Source: Candidatus Zixiibacteriota bacterium
Lineage (GTDB): Bacteria > Zixibacteria > MSB-5A5 > GN15 > JAAZOE01
Assembly (NCBI GenBank): GCA_043819555.1
Contig: JBDREQ010000027.1
Coordinates: 1 to 64,000 of the forward strand
Direction of reading: 5' to 3'
DNA length: 64,000 nt
Positions 10,101 through 17,760 of the stretch are shown here, in pieces (the stretch's first letter is position 1; each line of letters opens with the position of its first letter). The notes under the pieces were generated by a model, which saw nothing but the letters and a program-made list of their open reading frames with translations, was not told the origin of the DNA and did no database searches. The position numbers and the translations under genes are program-made.

Positions 10101-10537
10101 GGGCGTGGGCGCAAAATTTAAACACCGCTGTGGGAACAATGCTCAATGATAAATTCCGAATAGGCTGTACTACAGTTGATAATGGTTTTAAAAATATTTA
10201 TTTGTATTTCGTTCCTCATTATCAAGTCTATGAGCTGGATACAACTGGCAGCGTTCCCGCTTTTTCATATGCCGGAGCGGCTCCGGGCGATGCACATTTC
10301 GATTTAAGAGTGAAATTCCAGGACGGGCATGCTACGGCCGTTGCGGCAAAAGTGATTAACGTGGATTGGGGCGACGTCGCCGATAGCGGCGCGGATTTAC
10401 GCACAAGACTTATTCGACGTTTGTTTGGTAAAACCGGCACGGGCAATCTGGTCAAGGCCGATTTTGCGAGAATTGTCGCATGGGTGCAGAGCCATTATGG
10501 TGACGCGGGCAACGCCTATGCCATTCATGATCTATAA
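7133..10537 (+). CDS. Putative T6SS-associated protein/effector: degenerate OmpA-like domain plus C-terminal zinc metallopeptidase motif
   Basis: LVSGHHD..N..LSEFRAKSV...NCRVEILFF (OmpA-like); HEFGHATGNWDDY (HExxHxxGxxD); no signal peptide; directly after PAAR. Confidence 0.65.
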   Translation: MHGPEVVGVGAEAVADAGGEAEHRIVAIPIDIIEFENTLFNDGSSVLMPDRVNDAEADTPPPPGFALIALAYKQFEMDDRKKMLVSGHHDAGENFAENRSLSEFRAKSVLYLLTGNKNQWAVVSAGHHQIIDFKRVMAYFSRVKGWNCAPPMINNEWAEADGPMVQRFFNRYNRSASRAARVPGNFHEAINTSENHLWPERAWEVVYDLYMDGIRRALGVRLTEMNTLRGMHQYANPAQWLSCANRIPVHADFQDRYRGGNNNCRVEILFFNQDINVLTCPVAEAVAERFPMCERGGYELTFCDIEDLNAWPYHLKFTYYNRVKNSVENVINCLELKAYSGNRRQEVNNVRQSFSDGVYTVKVPQNRIRNQIHFGFETVPGDPYPPGNTIFLYTDAAASVPERRSLSTAQVTALTALNRQKYYDLPYKWSTRNYWTRYQDGRNIEGGRYRQVVRRELRLKPHGNNKTKASEPLTFSLDDIVLAKNNHSQQIKDLLPNGTTERNLNNNSRYALFHIEHRDIAGQPEVAYDNKKLKALRIHDPKVDEPSFTDVEFNKNLITDVPDDTRVICFAGKFHDVYDKRSHDRDPEFSFNRDHVMGARLAVLEDTSIHIKKVVDAENDADARTKNYGLRKRNDLAAVGNYEMHYFHNCATLNNKMLAYLIIYWSTRLTRVNKSGGRQRGTVADVTDHREAGMDNAMKRTNKNYLITKHGPPPAPPPPDADPVPDPHDIIIRPFHFYECKRDGRGGKAKAVTNIILNSLSGGGAAGAWMMPTEAQLRARDFQDDPNYFATPDPDNNLADTDGNTFNVLTNHHEFGHATGNWDDYLYDFEDSSSNNWDDLPKYNQPYTAEGGPYVCDKLSRMRINRTPRMRDFWKFVCWLHDDSVDNTKPLHLFFHNTEFKLTYKATGALTHNFLLDDAHRNVAEAARTEINYAIVPNVACDLLLYKLGDGELSRMIHAGQVFDSILVVRTKLAIKYDINPTAWDFTTARAWAQNLNTAVGTMLNDKFRIGCTTVDNGFKNIYLYFVPHYQVYELDTTGSVPAFSYAGAAPGDAHFDLRVKFQDGHATAVAAKVINVDWGDVADSGADLRTRLIRRLFGKTGTGNLVKADFARIVAWVQSHYGDAGNAYAIHDL

Positions 10538-10555
10538 TATTTGGGGTTTATATCA

Positions 10556-11665
10556 ATGAGTGATATATATAGCCGATATTTCGCCAATGCACGGCATGAT
10601 GGCTGGGTGAATCAAGTTGTCAGGTCCGATGGCAATATTGTCTGGCGGCGGATTATTACCGGTGATGAAAAAGTGTCGGCCGAATCGCGGCTGCTTCTTA
10701 GTTCTGATAAGCAGATTGTCGTCGATGGGATGAAAAAAATATTCGCCTATTCATCGGATGGTGCGCAGCTTTGGGATCGCGAGAAGTATTATGGATGTCA
10801 GGTAGCTCTGCAAAATGATTTGGTCAAATATAGAGCGGCCGACGAAGTAAATTTAATACATGCGGTATCGGTCGTCGATGGGAAGAAAGCTAATGATTTA
10901 TATCTTTCGGGAATAACCAAAAATTGTGATTTGGTTTTCTTCGAGCCTTTGGAAAGAGGACTAATCGCCCAGCTGCAATACATCTCTTCGCATGATAAAC
11001 CGTCAGATGAAATGCTAATCTATCTACTTTCGGGAACCGTACCGGGTTTTGACTGGAGTTTTCTCTACAATGGTTCCAAAGGTTTGCTGATACCTCTGGT
11101 TAATATTGAAAACAGGCGATATGTGACTTCGATACCGGGTAAAGTTTTGGTTTTTGACCTCGATAGCAGGGAGAGAACTCCCGAACCGTTGAATCGCTTC
11201 TCCTTGCCACTGGGAGAAAATACAGCGTGGATGAGTTGCGGCCGGGATGGGAAATTGTATTTTACGGGGTGCGGTCCGGAAAGGCTTGAGGTCGCAATTA
11301 CGGAGTTTAACGGTGAACAGACCGCGCTTCTGAAAAATTTTGATATTCCCGCGGAAAAACCGATCGCACCGCCGATTGTATCAGATGAGCATATATTTAT
11401 TCTAACTGCGTCGATGTTGATTGCGATAAGAAATGGAGACATAGATTGGACTTTTAAGCCGCTGCGGGGTCGTATGAAATATGTGACCGCTCTTTCCGAC
11501 GGAACGGTTTTGGCGGCGGCTAATGATATCGTCTATCATCTCAATCAAGCCGGCGAGTACTTTTTTGAGACAGTTATTGATGAGCCGATCGCGACGCCTC
11601 CGGTTGTTGATGGAAACGGGCGGGTTTATGTCGCCAGCAGGGATACGCTCTATGCGATTGAGTAA
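10556..11665 (+). CDS. PQQ-like beta-propeller protein (possible immunity or accessory protein)
   Basis: DGNIVW, DGAQLW, GDIDW and PIATPPVVDGNGRVYV propeller repeats; no signal peptide. Confidence 0.7.
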   Translation: MSDIYSRYFANARHDGWVNQVVRSDGNIVWRRIITGDEKVSAESRLLLSSDKQIVVDGMKKIFAYSSDGAQLWDREKYYGCQVALQNDLVKYRAADEVNLIHAVSVVDGKKANDLYLSGITKNCDLVFFEPLERGLIAQLQYISSHDKPSDEMLIYLLSGTVPGFDWSFLYNGSKGLLIPLVNIENRRYVTSIPGKVLVFDLDSRERTPEPLNRFSLPLGENTAWMSCGRDGKLYFTGCGPERLEVAITEFNGEQTALLKNFDIPAEKPIAPPIVSDEHIFILTASMLIAIRNGDIDWTFKPLRGRMKYVTALSDGTVLAAANDIVYHLNQAGEYFFETVIDEPIATPPVVDGNGRVYVASRDTLYAIE

Positions 11666-12158
11666 ATTATATGGCGCCAGAGTCATTGCGTTAACTGGAA
11701 TATTATTTGTTTGCTGCTTGTGTATATCGTGCCGGGAAGGCGAGCAAATGCCGGAACAATTGACTTACAAATTTTCGTATGGCCCAAGGTTAGAGAAATT
11801 GGGTGATGAAATTAGCTTGACCTATATACCTCACTCGTCTGATGCCCAGCGCCCACAATTGGATAGTCTTTTCGGGAAACAAGGTACGGTTAAATTGAAG
11901 GTGGATGATTTCAAAGCGGTCTGGAAGAAAATTAAAAGGATAGATGTGTCGCGTTATGCCAATTTATCTAAGGATGATTTTAATCCTACTCCTCCGGATG
12001 TCAATTATACCGAGAGTTTGAGCTTAGTGATTAATGGCGAGACTATTATTGACTGGTCGCGTGAGTTTGGCAAATTAAATGATAAATTGGCAAAGCCATT
12101 AAATAATATAAATGACGTCTTGATGAAGTTGTTCAATAAGCGACTTGAGGTAGATTGA
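11652..12158 (+). CDS. Putative lipoprotein (candidate immunity protein)
   Basis: Start at ATG 11652 overlapping the previous gene's end gives MRLSKLYGARVIALTGILFVCCLCISC, a lipoprotein-like signal. Confidence 0.6.
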   Translation: MRLSKLYGARVIALTGILFVCCLCISCREGEQMPEQLTYKFSYGPRLEKLGDEISLTYIPHSSDAQRPQLDSLFGKQGTVKLKVDDFKAVWKKIKRIDVSRYANLSKDDFNPTPPDVNYTESLSLVINGETIIDWSREFGKLNDKLAKPLNNINDVLMKLFNKRLEVD

Positions 12159-12173
12159 GAGGCGGAACATATA

Positions 12174-12608
12174 ATGAAAAACAAGATATTCACACTCGAG
12201 CTTTCTGATAACTGGGTGGACCGAACTACATTTTTATATATGGGCCCGGAAGACGACGGGATGCAGCATATTTTGAATTTTTACATTGAACCGGATGTTG
12301 GCGACGCGGATTTATATGAGTACGCACGAGAGAGAATTGAGAACGCTGTGGCGGCGATGCCAGATTCCGAGATTATCAAAGAAGAAGAAAAGAATTTGCC
12401 CAACGGTAACGCCGCATATGAATGCGTCTATAAATGGATATCTCCCGATGGAAAGAAAATATTTCAAAAACTAATGTTTTTAATTTTGGACGGAACGGGG
12501 TATAATTTCTCGGCCGGTTTTTCGAAGAAGACTTTGAAAACACTCAGGCATGAAGTTGACGCGATAATAAATTCGTTCCAACCTTTGCCGCAACCGGACG
12601 ATGAATAA
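12174..12608 (+). CDS. DcrB/PsbP-like (DUF1795, EagR-type) T6SS effector adaptor
   Basis: FTLELSDNWVDRT start, 144 aa, ends DAIINSFQP, typical of the DUF1795 fold; T6SS effector context. Confidence 0.75.
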   Translation: MKNKIFTLELSDNWVDRTTFLYMGPEDDGMQHILNFYIEPDVGDADLYEYARERIENAVAAMPDSEIIKEEEKNLPNGNAAYECVYKWISPDGKKIFQKLMFLILDGTGYNFSAGFSKKTLKTLRHEVDAIINSFQPLPQPDDE

Positions 12609-12610
12609 TT

Positions 12611-13753
12611 ATGCCGTTGAAGTACACCAAAGCTACCGATAGCGAGCATGAAATAACTCTGGATTCTTCACTGGTATCGGCCAGGTGGAAATCGGGTTCG
12701 GCTCCCATTGGAGGCAAGGCGGAATTTGAAGTAATAACTGCTTTTGTTGGTAACGGGGCTAAGATAAAAGTGACCGGAAAATCATCCGGCAGCAGCAGCC
12801 TCGGCAAAATTTCATCCACAATAAAAAATAATGTTTTTGTCGATTCGTTCGAAATCCCTGACGATGTGGAGATTGATGAGGAAGTTTATTTTGAAGTGAA
12901 GCTGTCGGCCAATGGTCTTTCCGGCGAATCGAATCATATCCTGGCGCGGCCTCGCATTGTCGTAAGCAATATGCGCTGGAGCGCGGAAGTGGCCCGCCGG
13001 GGGGATACCCTGAAATTATCGGCCGACGTTTCCGGGTGCCGCGAAAACGATGAGGCAAAAATCACTATTTATGAGTATGACAGTGATGGAGTCCACGATC
13101 GCATATGCGAAATTCCGGCCAATGTCCGTGAAAATAAAATTGAAATCGAATGGGAATATGAATATCACGAAGATACCGATGAAATCCCGACTCAGGAAGA
13201 ACTGGACCAGTATGGGAGCAGTTACAATCCTCCCGAGTACTTTTTTGTAATCGAGATTAACGGACAGAAATTCGGCAACAAGCAGGAATCGAAAATTTTG
13301 AAGTTTAAGGATTTCTTCGAGCTTCAGGTGATTGACCGCGAGGGTATGTTTATCCCGGATAAGGATTATAAAGTTACCCTTCCCGATGGAACGGAAAAGG
13401 AAGGCAAAACCGATAGCGATGGATATATCAGAATAAAAGATGTTCCACCCGGACCTTGTCTTGTAGATTTTCCAGTAAAGGAAGATGAAGGTTCGGATGA
13501 TGGTAGCGATGCACAGACAGATGGTGATGATACTCAACAATCGTCTGGCGGAAATACCAGTTCGGGAAGCGATACCCAAACGGAAGGGAATAGCGGATCG
13601 GGCGGAGGCACGCAAAGTTCGGCCGGCGGCAATACCAGTTCGAGAAGCGATACCCAAACGGAAGGGAATACCGGATCGGGCGGAGGCACGCAAAGTTCGG
13701 CCGATGACAGCGCCGGCGGGGGAAGCGATTCTCAAACGGATGGCGGTGTTTAA
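12611..13753 (+). CDS. T6SS accessory protein paralogous to the PAAR C-terminal extension, with acidic Gly/Ser tandem-repeat tail
   Basis: Shares WS..A..GD..KL.A..SG, EW, Y..P...F and Y.V..P.G....K.DS.G....KDV.PG motifs with 6059-7117. Confidence 0.7.
   Translation: MPLKYTKATDSEHEITLDSSLVSARWKSGSAPIGGKAEFEVITAFVGNGAKIKVTGKSSGSSSLGKISSTIKNNVFVDSFEIPDDVEIDEEVYFEVKLSANGLSGESNHILARPRIVVSNMRWSAEVARRGDTLKLSADVSGCRENDEAKITIYEYDSDGVHDRICEIPANVRENKIEIEWEYEYHEDTDEIPTQEELDQYGSSYNPPEYFFVIEINGQKFGNKQESKILKFKDFFELQVIDREGMFIPDKDYKVTLPDGTEKEGKTDSDGYIRIKDVPPGPCLVDFPVKEDEGSDDGSDAQTDGDDTQQSSGGNTSSGSDTQTEGNSGSGGGTQSSAGGNTSSRSDTQTEGNTGSGGGTQSSADDSAGGGSDSQTDGGV
13547..13703 (+). repeat. Two-copy 78-bp tandem repeat (26 aa unit) within CDS
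   Basis: AATACCAGTTCG at 13553 and 13631; units nearly identical; degenerate third fragment near 13721-13740. Confidence 0.9.
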
Positions 13754-13797
13754 TTTTATCGTAAAGGGCAAAAAATATTTTTCCATTTAATTAATTT

Positions 13798-16140
13798 ATG
13801 GCTGATGTTTATAGAATAAATACCGGGAAGCTGCAGCAATTGCCGTTTCAATGCGCTCATGGTAATCATTGCTGGGTCAGGCGGGCTTTTAGCTTGCAGG
13901 AGAAATACTTTGATGCCCTGAAAAAACTGGAAGCGGAAAATGTAAAATGGAAAACCCGGCTGGAAAGCGCGGAATTTCTGCATGAAGTTGCCAAAGCGGC
14001 TGCTGGCGCCAAGGGCATTGACAAAGAAGACGTCTGGGGTAATATGCGCCCCAGTATGGGCCGGAGCGATGATCCGTCAGAATACGAGCATACCTATCTG
14101 AACGAAGATATTAAGCGAATGCACGCCGCGATCAAGAATCAACGTAAGGCCGCGGAAGAATCCTCGGGAAAATTAATAGCCTGTCTAAAAAATAAAAAAT
14201 TCCAAAAGCATCTCGTCACTTATCATGCGAATTTTCAAATATCCCCACAAACGGCAGCTGATGTATATGGAGCCGTTTTAGAACCTCAATCAAGCGGCGG
14301 GAAGATATTATATCGGGAAATGGACCATTTCCTGGCGCTTTTGACCGAGCATTTGACCGCGACCAAAAAGGGAACTGATTTTCTGGAACTGGTTCTCAAA
14401 AAAGATTGGGTCGAGAGCAATATCGCGTTCGCCGACCTATGGGGTTATACCGCCAAGATAAACGCTTTGACCGAACCGGTTGGAAAATTTTTCTATAATG
14501 CCTCGCCGATAATTGTTGCCAAAATACAAGAGCTAATCAATGAGAAAAAAGTCAAAGATATCGGCCAAATCCTGAATGATCCGGATCTCAAACGTCATTT
14601 TGGTTTTCTCAAAGACAAATTGAAATTCGATGTTTCCAAATTGCTCAAAAAACGGGCTGATAAATTCGCCGGCAAAGCTTCTCGCGCACGGAAATATCTG
14701 GAGCGCCAAAGCGATTGGAAAAAATCGGTCAAGCAGTTTCAGGATGTGATGGATGACGCCGAAGCGCAGACGCAATTGAATAACGCGTGGATGGGAGTAA
14801 CGCTCGATACTGTTGCATTCGCGATATCGTTGGTCAAAATCGTTGCCGATTTTAAGGAAGCTAAGTGGCAGGACTGGATGGGGCTGGTTGGCGATTTTAC
14901 CGGGTTGGTCAAAACCACCGCCGAAATCAGGCAAGCGCAGGTACTTTTAGTAAGTGGTAAAGGGCAGTCGCATCAGGCGGCCAAGGCTTTTGCCAAACGA
15001 TTGGGAGTTTTAGCAGGGATAGCGTCGGTTATAATCATGTGCGGAGAAATCTATAAAGGCATCAAGGGCAGCGACTGGGATAAAGTAGCTCTCAATGCTG
15101 CCGGTATCGCGATTACCGGTGTTGGAATGTATGCCGCCTTTATGGAGATGGCATTGCTGTCGGGAATATGCACGGTTCTGGCAATTGTACTAGCCATTAT
15201 TACCGCACTGGTAGTTGACCCTGAAATAATTGACTACATTGAGGATACATATTGGGGTGAGGATTATAAGGACAGGGAAATTCCTATCGGTAAGACTATT
15301 CATGAATACTATAAGAGAATGTTCAAAATGTATCTTTTCTTTAAGATTGATGAATATGACAGCAATGATTCGCATATTTTGATTGAGTGCGGAATGATGA
15401 CCGACACGACACCGATATTTTTAGAAATTATCGAGGAAAAAGGTAAAAGGCTCCTGGGTCGTGAACGCATATTTCCCATCAATAAAGATGTTTCCGGGAT
15501 GGGTAAAGTCGCCAAAGATAAACCGAGTTGGGATAAAAATTGGCCGTTTTATGCCAAGCAGTTAAGGATATATAAGCCATGGGATATCTGGGCCGGCGAA
15601 AACGGGATCAAGAGGGATAATTCAACGATATATACCATTAAGGGCGGGATTGATCCGTCGCGCGATAAGAAAATGAAAATCGAACAAATGGCCCAGTATA
15701 AGACAATTGATGGCGTTGTTTTCCCGGTCGTGCAAAAACCGATATTATGGAGCAATCCTCCGGCCAATGAATCGTTTTACGGCAGCCAGGTTTCTTATAC
15801 CGGCCATCAAAGTACGCAGTATATACCATATCCTTCCGGTGGAAAGGTTGATGTGCATGTCTTTACTCGGTACGGCTCAGGGTGCGAAATCAATATTAAG
15901 GCGACTGAGGATCGCACTTGGCCGGTTCCCAATAGAAGTATTTCAAATATAAAGGCGCCGGTCAAAAAGGATAAAACAATCGTTCCGGTTCCAATAAAAG
16001 CTCCACCCAGCGACAATTACTATGAATTGTGGATAAAGATAACTTTGGCGGATTCTAAAGGAAAGCCCGTAAAAACAATAAGTCCCCAAAATGTCCGAAT
16101 TGCGTATAGGAATTATATAGAGAAATTGAGAAAAAGCTAA
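13798..16140 (+). CDS. Putative membrane-active (VasX-like pore-forming) T6SS effector
   Basis: No signal peptide; central cluster of Gly/Ala-rich hydrophobic helices ending in DPEIIDYIEDTYWG; last gene of the effector operon. Confidence 0.55.
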   Translation: MADVYRINTGKLQQLPFQCAHGNHCWVRRAFSLQEKYFDALKKLEAENVKWKTRLESAEFLHEVAKAAAGAKGIDKEDVWGNMRPSMGRSDDPSEYEHTYLNEDIKRMHAAIKNQRKAAEESSGKLIACLKNKKFQKHLVTYHANFQISPQTAADVYGAVLEPQSSGGKILYREMDHFLALLTEHLTATKKGTDFLELVLKKDWVESNIAFADLWGYTAKINALTEPVGKFFYNASPIIVAKIQELINEKKVKDIGQILNDPDLKRHFGFLKDKLKFDVSKLLKKRADKFAGKASRARKYLERQSDWKKSVKQFQDVMDDAEAQTQLNNAWMGVTLDTVAFAISLVKIVADFKEAKWQDWMGLVGDFTGLVKTTAEIRQAQVLLVSGKGQSHQAAKAFAKRLGVLAGIASVIIMCGEIYKGIKGSDWDKVALNAAGIAITGVGMYAAFMEMALLSGICTVLAIVLAIITALVVDPEIIDYIEDTYWGEDYKDREIPIGKTIHEYYKRMFKMYLFFKIDEYDSNDSHILIECGMMTDTTPIFLEIIEEKGKRLLGRERIFPINKDVSGMGKVAKDKPSWDKNWPFYAKQLRIYKPWDIWAGENGIKRDNSTIYTIKGGIDPSRDKKMKIEQMAQYKTIDGVVFPVVQKPILWSNPPANESFYGSQVSYTGHQSTQYIPYPSGGKVDVHVFTRYGSGCEINIKATEDRTWPVPNRSISNIKAPVKKDKTIVPVPIKAPPSDNYYELWIKITLADSKGKPVKTISPQNVRIAYRNYIEKLRKS

Positions 16141-16190
16141 ACGCCCTGTATTTTAGGCGAGTGCCAACTTTGCCGTGGAAGATTAAAATC

Positions 16191-16220
16191 TTGACAAAGG
16201 GGTGGTACTTGTTATAAAAT
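16191..16220 (+). promoter_or_regulatory. Sigma70-like promoter for the T6SS core operon
   Basis: TTGACA-18 bp-TAAAAT (or 16 bp to TATAAA) in the 165-bp gap upstream of tssH. Confidence 0.6.
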
Positions 16221-16305
16221 AAGAAGTTATCGCAGGTAGGGGTAATTGCCGTCATAATTTGACAGGCACATACAATATTAACAACGAACCGAAAAGAAGG
16301 CGAAT

Positions 16306-17760
16306 ATGGATATTGCCAATTATTCTTCGGATTCACGGGCAATAATAAAAAATGCTCGCGAGATCACTCAGTCATTTCGTCATCCTGAAATCGAAATCGA
16401 ACATTTATTAATCGCGACTATCCGACAGGAAGGGTCGCAGGTGGAGTCGATTATCAATCAGATGGGGAAGAGCATCGCTTTTTTGGAATCGGTTATCGAG
16501 ACTCATTTAAAAGATCAATCGAGCCGGGGTTCGGTTCGGGAAAATGTGGCCGTGTCGCCTTCGGTGCAGGAAGTGTTAAACTGGGCGATTGAGGAGAAAA
16601 CGAAATTATATGATGCCCTGGTAGAACCGGAACATATCTTTATAGCCATATTCGATCCCAAATCACAGCTGGCTCCATATGTCCGGGAAAAGCTCGAAAT
16701 CACTAAGGAAGATATCTATCGGGCCATAGCTGACACTAAATCGGTTGAAGAGATCACTGAAACTGCTGAGAAAAAAGCGGGCGCTGGAGATTCTGAAGGC
16801 AAAAAGGTATCGGGAACGCTCAAGTATTGCATTGATTTGACAAATCGGGCCGCAGCTGGTGAATTCGATCCGGTTATTGGACGGGATAAGGAAATTCAGC
16901 AGGTCATTCAAATTCTTCTGCGCCGTCGCAAAAACAGCCCGGTTCTTGTTGGCGGTCCGGGAGTCGGTAAAACGGCCATTGTTGAGGGATTTGCCCAATC
17001 GGTTGTTGATGGTGAAGTGACCGAAGCTCTCAAAGATGTCAAAGTGATGGAACTTGATATGGGAGCGATGGTGGCGGGAGCCAAATATAAAGGTGAATTT
17101 GAGGAACGCTTAAAAAACCTTATCGGAGAGGTCGTCAAGACGGCCGGCAAGGTGGTTTTATTTATTGACGAAGTCCATACAATCACCGGAGCTGGCGGTT
17201 CATCCGGTGGCACCGACGCGGCCAATTTATTGAAGCCGGCATTGGCGCGCGGACAGATTCGTCTTATTGGCGCGACGACCGAAGAAGAATATACCAAGCA
17301 TCTGGAAAAAGATAAGGCCCTGGAGAGAAGGTTTGAAAAAATCCGCATCGAAGAGCCGAATCTCGACGACGCCATTCGCATTGCACGGGGAATAATTCCC
17401 AAGTATCAGGAGTATCATAAAATTGAATATACATCCGAAGCGATTATCGGAGCGGTTAAATATGCCAAGCGGTATTTGAGCGAACGAAATTTGCCCGATA
17501 TCGCACTGGATATTATTGATGAGGCCGGTTCGGAGTTTAGCGTCAAAGAGGAATATGCAAAAAAATATATTCCGCTTTTGGAGAAGGATGCCATGGATGT
17601 TGAAAAACTGATTTCCGCCTGCGAGGGTAAGGATCAGGCTAAACACGAGGAAGATTTTGAAAAACTGCGAGTCGCCTTCGATGAATTTGCCCGCAAAGTG
17701 GATATGCTTGACGGATACTGGGGACATCGCGTTGAGGCTGCCAACAAGGAGTCGGCATAA
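16306..17760 (+). CDS. tssH: TssH/ClpV-type AAA+ ATPase, N-terminal half (Clp-N + NBD1)
   Basis: Double Clp-N repeat (IEHLL, PEHIF), DPVIGR, GGPGVGKT, LFIDE, GATT, ALERRF. Confidence 0.9.
   Translation: MDIANYSSDSRAIIKNAREITQSFRHPEIEIEHLLIATIRQEGSQVESIINQMGKSIAFLESVIETHLKDQSSRGSVRENVAVSPSVQEVLNWAIEEKTKLYDALVEPEHIFIAIFDPKSQLAPYVREKLEITKEDIYRAIADTKSVEEITETAEKKAGAGDSEGKKVSGTLKYCIDLTNRAAAGEFDPVIGRDKEIQQVIQILLRRRKNSPVLVGGPGVGKTAIVEGFAQSVVDGEVTEALKDVKVMELDMGAMVAGAKYKGEFEERLKNLIGEVVKTAGKVVLFIDEVHTITGAGGSSGGTDAANLLKPALARGQIRLIGATTEEEYTKHLEKDKALERRFEKIRIEEPNLDDAIRIARGIIPKYQEYHKIEYTSEAIIGAVKYAKRYLSERNLPDIALDIIDEAGSEFSVKEEYAKKYIPLLEKDAMDVEKLISACEGKDQAKHEEDFEKLRVAFDEFARKVDMLDGYWGHRVEAANKESA

Noticed and set aside
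11523..11651. Long N-terminal extension of the 11523-12158 ORF
   Set aside because: Overlaps the propeller gene by about 140 bp; ATG 11652 yields a clean lipoprotein signal
13547..13703. CRISPR-like array
   Set aside because: Only two contiguous in-frame 78-bp units, no unique spacers, inside a CDS, and no cas genes
13016..13786. 256-aa antisense ORF with repeats
   Set aside because: Shadow of the 12611-13753 CDS and its tandem repeat
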